Of a stretch of 64,000 nucleotides of DNA, positions 19,440 to 31,617 are shown piece after piece. Source of the DNA: Thermodesulfobacteriota bacterium (lineage in GTDB: Bacteria; Desulfobacterota_D; UBA1144; Nemesobacterales; Nemesobacteraceae). Location: the NCBI GenBank assembly GCA_963667625.1, contig OY763921.1:1132359-1196358 (forward strand), in the 5' to 3' direction. Below the pieces are notes generated by a model. The model did no database searches. It was not told the DNA's origin and saw only the letters and a program-made list of their open reading frames with translations. Both the position numbers and the translations under genes were made by a program. Within the stretch, counting starts at the first letter, position 1. Every line of letters starts with the position of its first letter.

Positions 19440-20407
19440 TCGATTCCCGAAAAAATTCTACCCCACCTTACCTTATCTGCAAAACCCGGGTTAGAGAGAT
19501 TCCACGACCAGTGAATCATAAATGCCTTGCCGTAAACATTCTCCACCGGCACGAATCCCCAGAACCTGCTGTCGTAACTGTTGTCCCTGTTATCGCCCAT
19601 GACGAAAATCCTGCCCTTGGGAACAACAAGGGGAAAGCTCATTTTCCCGCTCGTCGTGGAACTGTTCCCCTTTTTATATATAACGCTGAAATTTTTCCCG
19701 GAGAGAGACTGCTCGTATCTGTCGGTAACAGAAAAGAATTTCTGGTCCGGATACTCGTAGTTCCCGGTGTAGACCTGCTCCACAGCTCTGCCGTTTATAA
19801 GGAGGTCTCTGCCGCGTATGTCTATTTCATCCCCGGCAATACCTACGGCTCTTTTTACGTAGAAAGCCCCCTTGCCGGGCATGGGGAAACCCGCTGCGTT
19901 ATCTTCGCTGAGTTTGAAGACTACGACGTCGCCGCGGTCAATTTTGGAGAAGGGAAAAAATATCTCGTTAGTAAAAGGAATTCTTGTTCCGTAGACGAAC
20001 TTGTTTATCAGGATATGATCACCCACAAGAAGCGTCGGGAGCATTGAACCCGAAGGAATCTTGAAGGGCTGAAACACGAAGGCTCTTATGGCCAGGGCAA
20101 GAGCTACCGCTATCACTATGGCTTCTACGTTCTGCCGCAGAGCAGATTTGCCGTAGGACTTGAGATTGTCTTCAAAAAAAATCCCAAGGGCTTTCCTTGA
20201 TGCTCTTATTTCATGCAAGGAGCCCCGTTCTATCGCCTCTTCACAGGCAAGTATCCTTACTTCGGCATGATCGGCTTCCCTTGGGGCCATGAATCTCCCT
20301 TTTTTCCGGATGATACTTCTTACGGTGCGCACAAGTTTCTTTGAACTTCTTATGGCAAGCTTTTTTCTGATCCAGGTTACGATCATGGCAAAAATGTCCG
20401 AACGCAC
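19436..20407 (-). CDS. lepB: Signal peptidase I
   Basis: GDNRDNSYDSRFWGFVP, the Ser/Lys box motifs of LepB, plus an N-terminal TM segment. Confidence 0.9.
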   Translation of the reverse strand: MRSDIFAMIVTWIRKKLAIRSSKKLVRTVRSIIRKKGRFMAPREADHAEVRILACEEAIERGSLHEIRASRKALGIFFEDNLKSYGKSALRQNVEAIVIAVALALAIRAFVFQPFKIPSGSMLPTLLVGDHILINKFVYGTRIPFTNEIFFPFSKIDRGDVVVFKLSEDNAAGFPMPGKGAFYVKRAVGIAGDEIDIRGRDLLINGRAVEQVYTGNYEYPDQKFFSVTDRYEQSLSGKNFSVIYKKGNSSTTSGKMSFPLVVPKGRIFVMGDNRDNSYDSRFWGFVPVENVYGKAFMIHWSWNLSNPGFADKVRWGRIFSGIE

Positions 20408-20419
20408 GCGAATGCCGTT

Positions 20420-22600
20420 TTAGTTCAGGTCATTCGACTGCGGGTGTGAGGTTTCCGTTAATCTCTCAACCGAGATCACTCCCCCAAGATTCTTAAGCGA
20501 TTCAATGAGTTTTTCAAGTTGCTTGATGTTTTCCACCGCTACCTCAAACCTCGCATCTCCCTGTCCAATCTCATCTTCGCTCACATCGGCACTGACAATG
20601 TCGACATTGAGTCCCGAGACCGTGCTTGTTAGCTCAGAGAAAATACCTTTCCTGTTCTCACACTTCACCGAAAGACCGATCGGTATCCGTCCCGAATACT
20701 CGTCATTCCAAGCAACCTCTATTCTCCTTTCAGGAGCGACTTCAAGCAATTTTGGGCAATTGTAAACGTGCACGGTTATCCCTCTGCCTCTGGTTATGAA
20801 ACCTATGATCTGTTCCCCGGGAATCGGGTTGCAACATTTGCCGAACTTTATGAGTATGTTGTCATATCTTCTGACGAGCACGGCGTCTTTGTACTCGTCT
20901 TTGGAAATTCTGTTCATTATGCTTTTTATTCTTTTGCTTTTCTCGGCACCTTCGGCGAATTTCCTGGGATGCATCGCCTTGAGAAGATCATTTACCGCGG
21001 CATTGCCGAATCCGACCGCTCTGTAAAAATCCTTTATTCCCGGGAATTGAAGCTTTGCCAGAGGCTCGTCGAGCTTTTTCTTCTCCAGCAGGTTGCTCAG
21101 CTTGAGTCCTTTCAAGGCGAACTTCCTCTGGGCTATTGCTTCTCCAATCTGCTCGGCTTTGCGGTTTTCCTCCTGCCTCAGCCAGCTCCTTATCCTGTTT
21201 TTAGCTTTTGAAGTAACAACAAAATCAAGCCACTGCCTCTTAGGAACTCTGTTCTTGGAAGTCACCACTTCCACCATGTCTCCAGTTTCAAGCTTGTAGT
21301 TAAGGGGAACAAGCTTATGGTTAACAAAAGCTTGGGAGCAGTGGTTGCCTATGTCTGTGTGAATTGAATATGCAAAGTCAACCGGAGTCGCACCTACGGG
21401 AAACTCAAGGAGGTCTGCGTTGGGAGTGTAAACGTACACGACATCCAGTATCAGCTCCCCCTTTATGGCTTCTATGTACTCCGTCGAGTCTTGTATGTCC
21501 TTTAACTCGACGAGATGTCGGAGGTTTGAATAGATCTTGTCGTTTCCGTTCTCAAGCGAATTTCCTTCCTTGTACCTCCAGTGAGCAGCAACCCCGTATT
21601 CCGCGACCCGATGCATCCGCTCAGTTCGTATCTGTATCTCCATCTGTTCTCCGAAGGGCCCTATTACGGCCGTATGAATGGACTGGTAGTTGTTGGCCTT
21701 CGGAAGGGCTATGTAGTCTTTTATTCTCCCCGGAATCGGTTTCCACAAGGAATGCACCGCTCCCAGAACCTGATAGCATTCGTTTTCACTCGCGGTAACG
21801 ATCCGGAAACCCAGTATGTCATAAATATTGCCCAGGCTTATATTGCCTTTTTTCATCTTGCTGTAGATGCCGTATAAATGCTTGAATCTCCACGAGACAT
21901 CTCCGCGAACTCCGAATTCTTCCATCTTGTTGTTGATGAGTGAGACAATTTCGGTCGTGTACTTTTCCCAATCTTTTTTCTTCGTGGACACGGTTTGGCT
22001 AATACGCTCGTATTCACCCGGCTCAGAGAACTTAAACGCCAGGTCCTCTAGCTCAACCGATATCCAGTTCATCCCGAGGCGGTGGGCAAGCGGCGCGTAA
22101 ATTTCCATCGTTTCAACAGCAATCCTTTTCCGCTTGTCCTCAGGCAGATACTGAAGCGTTCTCATGTTGTGCAGCCTGTCGGCAAGTTTTATCAGTACAA
22201 CCCTTATATCCTCAGCCGTGGCGAGTATCAGCTTGCGAAAGCTTTCGGCCTGTTTCTCCACATCGGAAATATGGGGAAGGCGGCTTATTTTCGTGGTAGC
22301 GTCAACAAGAAAAGCTATCTCGCTTCCAAAATTTCGTTCGATTTCCTCGCGAGTCGCAAGAGTGTCCTCTATTGTGTCGTGAAGAAGTCCGGTAACTATG
22401 GAGGGAACGTCAAGCTTTAAGTTCGCGAGTATGGAAGAAACTTCCAGGGGATGACTCAGATACGGTTCTCCGGAAACTCTTTTCTGGCCCGAGTGAACCT
22501 TGGCCGAATACACATAGGCTTTTTTTATGAAGTCAAGATCTTCGTTCTCGATATCCGAGTAGGAAGAAACTTTATCAATGATGTCGTTTAGCCTGATCAC
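20420..22600 (-). CDS. spoT: Bifunctional (p)ppGpp synthetase/hydrolase RelA/SpoT
   Basis: 726 aa. HD hydrolase domain (HD...DT), RelA/SpoT synthetase domain, TGS and ACT C-terminal domains. Confidence 0.9.
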   Translation of the reverse strand: MIRLNDIIDKVSSYSDIENEDLDFIKKAYVYSAKVHSGQKRVSGEPYLSHPLEVSSILANLKLDVPSIVTGLLHDTIEDTLATREEIERNFGSEIAFLVDATTKISRLPHISDVEKQAESFRKLILATAEDIRVVLIKLADRLHNMRTLQYLPEDKRKRIAVETMEIYAPLAHRLGMNWISVELEDLAFKFSEPGEYERISQTVSTKKKDWEKYTTEIVSLINNKMEEFGVRGDVSWRFKHLYGIYSKMKKGNISLGNIYDILGFRIVTASENECYQVLGAVHSLWKPIPGRIKDYIALPKANNYQSIHTAVIGPFGEQMEIQIRTERMHRVAEYGVAAHWRYKEGNSLENGNDKIYSNLRHLVELKDIQDSTEYIEAIKGELILDVVYVYTPNADLLEFPVGATPVDFAYSIHTDIGNHCSQAFVNHKLVPLNYKLETGDMVEVVTSKNRVPKRQWLDFVVTSKAKNRIRSWLRQEENRKAEQIGEAIAQRKFALKGLKLSNLLEKKKLDEPLAKLQFPGIKDFYRAVGFGNAAVNDLLKAMHPRKFAEGAEKSKRIKSIMNRISKDEYKDAVLVRRYDNILIKFGKCCNPIPGEQIIGFITRGRGITVHVYNCPKLLEVAPERRIEVAWNDEYSGRIPIGLSVKCENRKGIFSELTSTVSGLNVDIVSADVSEDEIGQGDARFEVAVENIKQLEKLIESLKNLGGVISVERLTETSHPQSNDLN

Positions 22601-22615
22601 AGCAGCGCGAATACC

Positions 22616-23275
22616 TTACTTAAGGCCGAATTTCCTGAGAAAAACGGGGCCGTACACATTTTCCGTCCTCGCGTCCCGGGTAGCGGTGAGCATCCGCTGG
22701 CGGGAATCTCCACCATCCCCCTGTTTTTGCGAAAGGATAACGGCCTCGATTCTCCTAGCCGCAATATCCACCTCATCATTAATTATAATATAATCATAGC
22801 ACTTCGAGCAGGCTACCTCCTCCTTGGCAATCCCGAGACGAATGGAGATGTCCCCCTCTTCTTCCGATTTTCTGTCTCTTAGCCTTTGCTCGAGAATCTC
22901 TAGAGACGGCGGGACAATAAATATGAAGACCGCATCGTCAAACACACCCCTCAGCCTTCTTGCTCCCTGAACATCTATGTCCAGAATGACGTCAACACCT
23001 GTTTCGATCCATTTTTCTATTTCAGCCCTCGGCGTGCCGTAAAAATTTCCGTGCACCTCGGCCCACTCGGCGAAAAAACCCTGCTTGATCATGCCCTGGA
23101 ACTCTTCTCTGGAAATAAACTCGTAGTGCTCTCCGCGGACCTCCCCCAAGCGCATTAATCTTGTTGTGTAAGAAATGGAGAAACGGAGGTTCTCAACGTT
23201 TGACAGAACACGGGCGACAAGCGTTGTTTTTCCGCTTCCCGACGGACCGGAGATCACAAACAACTTCCCACTCAT
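22616..23275 (-). CDS. gmk: Guanylate kinase
   Basis: MSGKLFVISGPSGSGKTTL...TTR. Start taken at Met8 of the ORF-track product. Confidence 0.9.
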   Translation of the reverse strand: MSGKLFVISGPSGSGKTTLVARVLSNVENLRFSISYTTRLMRLGEVRGEHYEFISREEFQGMIKQGFFAEWAEVHGNFYGTPRAEIEKWIETGVDVILDIDVQGARRLRGVFDDAVFIFIVPPSLEILEQRLRDRKSEEEGDISIRLGIAKEEVACSKCYDYIIINDEVDIAARRIEAVILSQKQGDGGDSRQRMLTATRDARTENVYGPVFLRKFGLK

Positions 23276-23356
23276 AATATCAGAGTATAAATGCAAAAAC
23301 CTCGATGTTAAAACGGTACTTGTTGTCCTGCAATTGTGATTTTCCCTGATTCGGAA

Positions 23357-25576
<2,220 letters not shown>

Positions 25577-25711
25577 TTAGCACGTCGGGATGCATATGAA
25601 CGCATGGAGACGAAGTGAACTCAATATTGGTGTGCCCCACGCGCTCAAGCAGGTAAATATACCACTACCGCTATACAGGCTCAAGTTGCCGTATCGATAT
25701 TAGACTCCTGT

Positions 25712-26392
25712 TTAGAACATATTGAACGCTTCGGGGAAATCGTCGATGATCTCAGAAAAACTATCCGTTACCCGGTCAGCAAGTTCAAGTTCGTCACCGG
25801 AACATGAGTTAGTAATCCCAACGCATCTCATCCCGGCCCTTTTGGCCGCCAGAACGCCGTGGGGAGAATCTTCAAACACAATACACTGGGCAGCCGTTAT
25901 GGTGCTGTCGTAATCTATTCTGAGCCTCTCAAGGCATTTAAGGTAGACCTCGGGAGATGGCTTCGGGTTTTCCGTATCATCGGCTCCTATTACAAAACCG
26001 AAAAACTCGGAAAGCCCCTTACGCCTCAGTATGAGATTAATCTCTTCGGTTAACGCGCCGGAACCTATCGCCACATAAAATTTGCCCCGGATGGCCTCAA
26101 GAAACTCAACAACTCCGGGGAAAATTCTTATATCCTCCCCTATCATTTCTTCAAAACAGATGCCTTTTTCTCTGACAAGCCGGGCAATCTCCCGTTCCGT
26201 GCACTGTTGTCCGTTATCCTCAAGAAACCTCCTGAAAAAGCTTTTGTCATCGCAGGCAAGGTATCGTAAGTAATAATCGGTGGTCGAGAGCTTTAGTCCC
26301 AGGGTTTCCACGGTTCTCTGAAAGGCTCTGAGGTGCAGAGGCTCGCTGTCAACTATCACCCCGTCAAAATCGAATATGACCGCTTTTATCAT
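25712..26392 (-). CDS. HAD-superfamily hydrolase (beta-phosphoglucomutase-like)
   Basis: MIKAVIFDFDGVIVDSEPLH motif I; DSPHGVLAAKRAGM motifs III/IV. Confidence 0.8.
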   Translation of the reverse strand: MIKAVIFDFDGVIVDSEPLHLRAFQRTVETLGLKLSTTDYYLRYLACDDKSFFRRFLEDNGQQCTEREIARLVREKGICFEEMIGEDIRIFPGVVEFLEAIRGKFYVAIGSGALTEEINLILRRKGLSEFFGFVIGADDTENPKPSPEVYLKCLERLRIDYDSTITAAQCIVFEDSPHGVLAAKRAGMRCVGITNSCSGDELELADRVTDSFSEIIDDFPEAFNMF

Positions 26393-26487
26393 TCCGTTTC
26401 CCCGATTTCTGAGATATGGTATTTTACTGCCGCAAGAGGCCTATACAAAGAATCTGTGCACAACACAGAGACGGGAGAAGAAGAAAG

Positions 26488-26823
26488 ATGGATTACTATA
26501 ACCCCGAAGACCTCAAGAGATTTCCCGAGGTCGGGGAATTCAGAGAAGACCTTATGGACAAGTTTTTCGAGTATTACAACTCCGCAACGGGCGAGGAAGG
26601 GGCGCTTACGAAACGGGAAAAAGCGCTTATAGCCTTGGCCGTGGCTCATACCGAAAAATGTCCTTACTGCATAGACGCATACACTACGCAGTGCCTGGAG
26701 ACGGGAGCGGACCCGGAGCAGATGACTGAAGCCGTACATGTCGCCGCCTCAATGTCGGCCGGCATAAAGCTCATCCATGCAATCCAGATGCACAACACGC
26801 TGAAAAAGAACCGTGCCCTCTAG
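26488..26823 (+). CDS. Arsenosugar-biosynthesis-associated peroxidase-like protein (carboxymuconolactone decarboxylase/AhpD family)
   Basis: ~112 aa, alkylhydroperoxidase AhpD-like with a CxxC-type motif (EKCPYCID). Immediately upstream of ArsS, as in the conserved cluster. Start assumed at the internal Met (MDYYNPEDL); the ORF-track start at 26416 is an alternative. Confidence 0.7.
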   Translation: MDYYNPEDLKRFPEVGEFREDLMDKFFEYYNSATGEEGALTKREKALIALAVAHTEKCPYCIDAYTTQCLETGADPEQMTEAVHVAASMSAGIKLIHAIQMHNTLKKNRAL

Positions 26824-26901
26824 GAACACAAATGGGGAGGAAAGCCGCCACGGAACCAGGCAACGGAAATTCCCGAAGGATACTTCATGGTCTAAGAAAA
26901 G

Positions 26902-27888
26902 ATGAAGAGAACCAATCATAATTTTTCCCGCAAATTGATCGATCAAGGTCTCGATATTGACCCTATTACGGTTGAAACCCTCCAGGTAAACATAACAAAG
27001 CTTTGCAACCAGACCTGCACTCACTGTCACGTGGATGCCTCGCCCTGGAGAAGTGAGCAGATGAGCCTTGAGTGCGTAGAGAGATGTCTTGAGATACTGA
27101 GCGAAAACGACTGCATAAAAAATCTTGACCTGACCGGAGGAGCTCCAGAGTTAAACCCCCATTTTGACTACTTCGTGAAAGAGGCCAGGGATCTTGGAAA
27201 ACACGTGATGGTAAGACACAACCTGACCGTTACTCTCGACGGAAACCCCCGGACGGGAGAAGAGAAAACGTACATACCGGGGTTTTTCGCCGAAAACCGC
27301 GTCGAGGTTATATCCTCGCTTCCATATTACAGCAGCTACTTCACGGACAAACAGAGGGGAAAAGGAGTTTTTGAAAAAAGCATAGAATCCCTAAAAATGC
27401 TTAACAGCGAAGGCTACGGAGATGGGGCACTCAAACTCAATCTGGTATACAACCCGGTCGGAACCTTTCTTCCCCCGGACCAGAAGAGCCTTGAAGCAGA
27501 CTTTAAGGTAAAACTCAAAAAAAACTACGGGATAAGGTTCGATAATCTATACACTCTGACCAATATGCCGATCAACAGGTTCGAAAAGGAACTGAAGAAG
27601 CAAAGCACCTACGAGGAATACATCGAAAAGCTTGTAAACGCCTTCAATCCCGAAGCCGTAGACGCCATAATGTGCCGGAACCTGATCAGCGTAAGCCACG
27701 ACGGAAAAATTTACGACTGCGATTTTAACCAGATGCTTGATATGCAGGCCCAAAACGGAAACGGAGGGCTGACCATATTCAATTTCGACCTTCGCCAAGT
27801 GATCAAGAGAAAGATAAAATTCGGTGTCCACTGTTTCGGTTGCACAGCCGGGGCCGGAAGCAGCTGCGGCGGCCAGACGGTATCTTGA
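26902..27888 (+). CDS. arsS: Arsenosugar biosynthesis radical SAM protein ArsS (Cys form, not selenoprotein)
   Basis: Radical SAM CNQTCTHC motif and a Cys-rich C-terminal tail HCFGCTAGAGSSCGGQ characteristic of the rSAM/Cys-rich family. Flanked by the AhpD-like and DUF2064 genes. Confidence 0.8.
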   Translation: MKRTNHNFSRKLIDQGLDIDPITVETLQVNITKLCNQTCTHCHVDASPWRSEQMSLECVERCLEILSENDCIKNLDLTGGAPELNPHFDYFVKEARDLGKHVMVRHNLTVTLDGNPRTGEEKTYIPGFFAENRVEVISSLPYYSSYFTDKQRGKGVFEKSIESLKMLNSEGYGDGALKLNLVYNPVGTFLPPDQKSLEADFKVKLKKNYGIRFDNLYTLTNMPINRFEKELKKQSTYEEYIEKLVNAFNPEAVDAIMCRNLISVSHDGKIYDCDFNQMLDMQAQNGNGGLTIFNFDLRQVIKRKIKFGVHCFGCTAGAGSSCGGQTVS

Positions 27889-27905
27889 TTCCGAGGCTTT
27901 ACGGA

Positions 27906-28619
27906 ATGTCGCAAAAAAACGATAACGCTCTGATCGTTTTTCTTAAGTATCCGGAAACAAAGAAAGTAAAGACGCGTCTGGGAAAAGACATAGGGAACCA
28001 GAGGGCCATGGAACTCTACCGTCAAACGGCAAGCTTCGTCGCTGATTCCTTCTCGAGTTCGGAGAACTGGACGACTTTTTTCTTCTACACTCCCAAGAAA
28101 AGAAAAAAAGAGATTCTTGAGTGGCTGGGAAACAAGGAGGCCCTTTTTTTTCCGCAAGAGATAGGTTCTCTCGGGCAGAGGATGTCCCGCGCGTTCGGAA
28201 AATGTTTTTCGCTGAAATTCAGGAATGTCGTCATCATAGGCACAGACTGCGTGATGATAACCGAAAAAGACGTGGAAGCTGCGTTTTCGCTGCTCTCGGG
28301 AGGGGAATTTGAAGCAGTTCTGGGTCCGGCAACCGACGGGGGGTATTATCTCCTTGGGCTATGCAGAGAAACGGACGTGATTTTTCAGGACATTCAGTGG
28401 AGCACTTCCCATGTATTTAAGGAAACCGAAAAACGCATTAGGGAAAGCGGCATGCACCACGCGGTCATGAGAGAGCTTGCGGATATTGACGAGGAAAAAG
28501 ATATAAACATAAGGGATATAATGACAAGGGATGCGGAACTCGCGCGCAGACTAGAGCAAGTTCTTTTAAAAGACCAAAAAATCCGTACCGAGAAAAACGA
28601 GGAGAGGAAACCGGAATGA
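27906..28619 (+). CDS. DUF2064/TIGR04282-family glycosyltransferase (arsenosugar-cluster associated)
   Basis: ALIVFLKYPETKKVKTRL N-terminus and GGYYLLG motif typical of DUF2064. Start taken at MSQKNDN (27906), just after the arsS stop. Confidence 0.7.
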   Translation: MSQKNDNALIVFLKYPETKKVKTRLGKDIGNQRAMELYRQTASFVADSFSSSENWTTFFFYTPKKRKKEILEWLGNKEALFFPQEIGSLGQRMSRAFGKCFSLKFRNVVIIGTDCVMITEKDVEAAFSLLSGGEFEAVLGPATDGGYYLLGLCRETDVIFQDIQWSTSHVFKETEKRIRESGMHHAVMRELADIDEEKDINIRDIMTRDAELARRLEQVLLKDQKIRTEKNEERKPE

Positions 28620-29371
28620 ATTCCGAAATCGTAGATGTGGGAATAGTTGCTTCTTTTTTCGCCGGAGTGATTGCGTTTCTTTCTCCCTGCATTCTTCCGC
28701 TTATGCCGGGCTATCTTTCAGTAGTAACGCGTCTTTCATACGAAGATCTTTCAGACACTCGGGATTTGCCCAAATTCTCAAGGGTTATAGTACCAAGTCT
28801 CGTTTTCATACTGGGATTCTCAACTGTCTTCGTTTCCCTGGGCGCATTCTCCTCGCAGCTTGGGGGAATGATCTCCGGCAACAAGACTTTTTTGCTCAGA
28901 ATAGCCGGAATATTCATAATCCTTTTCGGAATATTTGTAATGGAGATCGTGAAGATCCCATTTCTTGAGAAAGAACACAAAATCTCCCTTCCGCGGGAAA
29001 GGGGAAATCTTCTCGGAACCTATATTCTCGGCTTGGCATTCGGCTTTGGCTGGACACCATGCGTAGGGCCTATTCTCGGATCCATACTCCTTTACGCAAG
29101 CACAGTGGAAGGAACACTGAACGCGGTGGGACTGCTTGCTGTTTATTCGCTCGGAATCGGTATACCGTTCATATTGGTCGGTCTTGCGTTTAACAGCGCC
29201 ATGGCATCCTTTGCAGGGATCAGAAAACACTATCCTTATTACAAGTACGCTATAGGCTCGGGACTTGTAATCATAGGAATAATGATGTTTTCAAACGAGA
29301 TTTACTATTTGAATATCTACGGTCAGAAAATATTTGACGCGGTGGGGATAGATTTCTGGAAAAGGTTTTAG
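28616..29371 (+). CDS. ccdA: Cytochrome c-type biogenesis protein CcdA (DsbD-family thiol-disulfide transporter)
   Basis: 251 aa with six predicted TM helices and the conserved Cys motifs (FLSPCILPLMPGY, GWTPCVGPILG). Its start overlaps the upstream stop (ATGA). Confidence 0.85.
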   Translation: MNSEIVDVGIVASFFAGVIAFLSPCILPLMPGYLSVVTRLSYEDLSDTRDLPKFSRVIVPSLVFILGFSTVFVSLGAFSSQLGGMISGNKTFLLRIAGIFIILFGIFVMEIVKIPFLEKEHKISLPRERGNLLGTYILGLAFGFGWTPCVGPILGSILLYASTVEGTLNAVGLLAVYSLGIGIPFILVGLAFNSAMASFAGIRKHYPYYKYAIGSGLVIIGIMMFSNEIYYLNIYGQKIFDAVGIDFWKRF

Positions 29372-29422
29372 CCAAAGAACAGAAACCACGTTAACTCTCT
29401 GCCTAGGAAATCAGGAATCCAC

Positions 29423-29830
29423 TCAGGCCACATCTCCGTCTAAAAACACAACACCCTCAAGCCGTGATAATTTCCGGTCCAATGTATGGAGTGACCTTAT
29501 TCCCGCTCTTCTGGCAGAGGCCATGATCATCAGATCAGAAAACTCTGCTCCTCCCTCGCTATACTGAAACGCCGCATGAGCAACATCATCGGCTACTTCA
29601 AAAACTAGAGTCTCGGTTATTAAAAGTTCTTTCAGTATCGTAGCAATCTGGGCACGGGAATAGCCATAGGCTCGCTTCAGTACCCAGACCACTTCAACCG
29701 CCACCTCCCTGCAAACATAACCGGGACGCTCAGCCGTAAGTGATTCCAACAACGCACGGGCAGCTTCTGACTGTTTTACGTCGTCACGTACCAGATAACG
29801 GATGATGATATTTGTATCAAGAGCGATCAC
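29423..29830 (-). CDS. vapC: PIN-domain toxin VapC
   Basis: 135 aa, MIALDTNIIIRYL... with the conserved acidic residues of the PIN fold. Overlaps the upstream antitoxin gene by 4 nt. Confidence 0.8.
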   Translation of the reverse strand: MIALDTNIIIRYLVRDDVKQSEAARALLESLTAERPGYVCREVAVEVVWVLKRAYGYSRAQIATILKELLITETLVFEVADDVAHAAFQYSEGGAEFSDLMIMASARRAGIRSLHTLDRKLSRLEGVVFLDGDVA

Positions 29831-30060
29831 TTTTCACACGCCCCGTCCGCTATGGCCTGCTCCATCTCCTCAAGCGTGACGGCAGGACCATCGTGCCGCA
29901 ATACGCCAAACAGCCTGTTGATACTCCGCACAGGCATAATACGCACTCCCCCGTCAACGATTATATAGCGCACTTTGTCTCCAGCACGCAATCCAAGCGA
30001 CTCCCGAACAGCTTTCGGCAGGGTTGTCTGTCCCTTTTTCGTTATAGAAGATTCAATCAT
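29827..30060 (-). CDS. vapB: AbrB/MazE/SpoVT-family antitoxin (VapB)
   Basis: ITKKGQTTLPKAVRESLGLRAGDKV swapped-hairpin motif. Start assumed at Met12; 30081 and 30093 are alternatives. Confidence 0.7.
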   Translation of the reverse strand: MIESSITKKGQTTLPKAVRESLGLRAGDKVRYIIVDGGVRIMPVRSINRLFGVLRHDGPAVTLEEMEQAIADGACEK

Positions 30061-30294
30061 AAGATTATCACCATGTTGCATTTCAATATACATATTGGCA
30101 TTAAATAATCAAGAAAGGAAGTCTTTAAGCTATTTCGCATTACTTTTATTAAATTTCTCTACTCATAATCCGCTCTAAGGACTGCGGGGGAATATACGGT
30201 TTTTCAAGCACACATTATCTTAAGAACAATATGTCTCGGGTCCGCGTTGCGCAGAGAGTAAAAACAGCCAAACCTAGGTCGCATACATCTCGGA

Positions 30295-31125
30295 TTACGC
30301 ATCTCCATAGCTCAGGATTCCGTAGCTGTACACGCCGGCAAGAGCGGCTACAGAATCTACGGCTTCCGGAGCAACTCGTTTTCCGACTTCAAGCAGTTCC
30401 TTCGATTCCTCTACCTTCATGCCGTGGCGCTTTTCAAAAAGGCTTAGGTCATCAAACCCGGTCACCCAAGTCACGTTGAAAGTCTGTTGAAACATATCAG
30501 TTGCCCTAACAACCTCAGGGTTTCCATAGGTCCTGTTAATGATGCTCAATGGGTAGTAGTCAAAAGCAATTTTGAACGAAGGAATTCTGGCACACAGACT
30601 GTCAAAGAAACTGTGGATCAGCTCAATGGGAAGATACATGCTGTTTCCTTCCCATAGAAAAAGCATCGGGGAGTTGATGTCAAAACCCGCCTTGATGAGT
30701 TCTTCCGGCAGGGCCGCTTCAAGATAGTTGCACGGTATGCTTGCGCATGGCGTAACGCCGTGGCTTTCAAGAACCTTGTGCTTGAATTCCAGAAGGGCCG
30801 GCTGATCAACGTCGCAGAAACGCACTCCCTCGGTCTGAAAGACCAGGGAACGCATGTCAAACCCGCAGCCGAGTATGACAATCTGTTTCATGCCGGCTTG
30901 AATCTCGCGTCTTGTGATTTCATCCAGTATGCAGAAGCGGTAACGGAGAATTTCGACCGATTCCGGAAGAATTTTTGTTACCCTGTCGACCTTTTCCCTT
31001 ATCTCGTCCGTAACAAACCAGTGGGCATACGGGTCGTTGAACACGCGGTGTTCACGGTTCTTTTCCATTTCCCTGTAACAGGCTACGGCAAACGCAGTTG
31101 TTCCAACTTCATTTATATCCGACAT
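30295..31125 (-). CDS. Class I SAM-dependent methyltransferase (leucine carboxyl methyltransferase / TcmP-like family)
   Basis: VILGCGFDMRS SAM-binding motif and overall LCMT-like architecture. Confidence 0.65.
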   Translation of the reverse strand: MSDINEVGTTAFAVACYREMEKNREHRVFNDPYAHWFVTDEIREKVDRVTKILPESVEILRYRFCILDEITRREIQAGMKQIVILGCGFDMRSLVFQTEGVRFCDVDQPALLEFKHKVLESHGVTPCASIPCNYLEAALPEELIKAGFDINSPMLFLWEGNSMYLPIELIHSFFDSLCARIPSFKIAFDYYPLSIINRTYGNPEVVRATDMFQQTFNVTWVTGFDDLSLFEKRHGMKVEESKELLEVGKRVAPEAVDSVAALAGVYSYGILSYGDA

Positions 31126-31329
31126 GGCAGATCCATATAAAATTACGGGGACGCGCATTCAGGAAAAACGGGATGCGGTGCCCCTGTTATCAAAATATGC
31201 TCTATTACGGCGTTGGCAAGCAAAAGATCTTTGCTGGACTTCGCATAAAAACAGCAATTATATACTTGATTACCCTTCATACAATCAAGTATATAATTCC
31301 ATATTTGTTATAGTTAATTGGAGGTAAAA

Positions 31330-31545
31330 ATGCCTTTATACGAATATGAGTGCTCCGACTGCGGAGAGGAATTTCAAGTCCTGGTACTTGATTCCGATGA
31401 AATCATAAAGTGTGTGAGTTGCGACTCGCAGAATATCGGAAAGCAGTTCTCGGCTTTTGGCCTTGGTAGCAGCAACGGAAATCTCGAAATTTCCGAGAGT
31501 GTGGATTCAGGAGGCTGCTCGCAATCGTCTTGCTGTTGCTGCTGA
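31330..31545 (+). CDS. FmdB-family zinc-ribbon protein with C-terminal Cys4 tail
   Basis: MPLYEYECSDCGEEF...CVSCDS, the FmdB-type CxxC...CxxC ribbon. Ends SQSSCCCC. Confidence 0.6.
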   Translation: MPLYEYECSDCGEEFQVLVLDSDEIIKCVSCDSQNIGKQFSAFGLGSSNGNLEISESVDSGGCSQSSCCCC

Positions 31546-31617
31546 TTTGCCGAGGTAATTGCACAAAATTTATCTCTGTATATAATTAACTCTTCATTTT
31601 AAAACACCCGATGGAGG

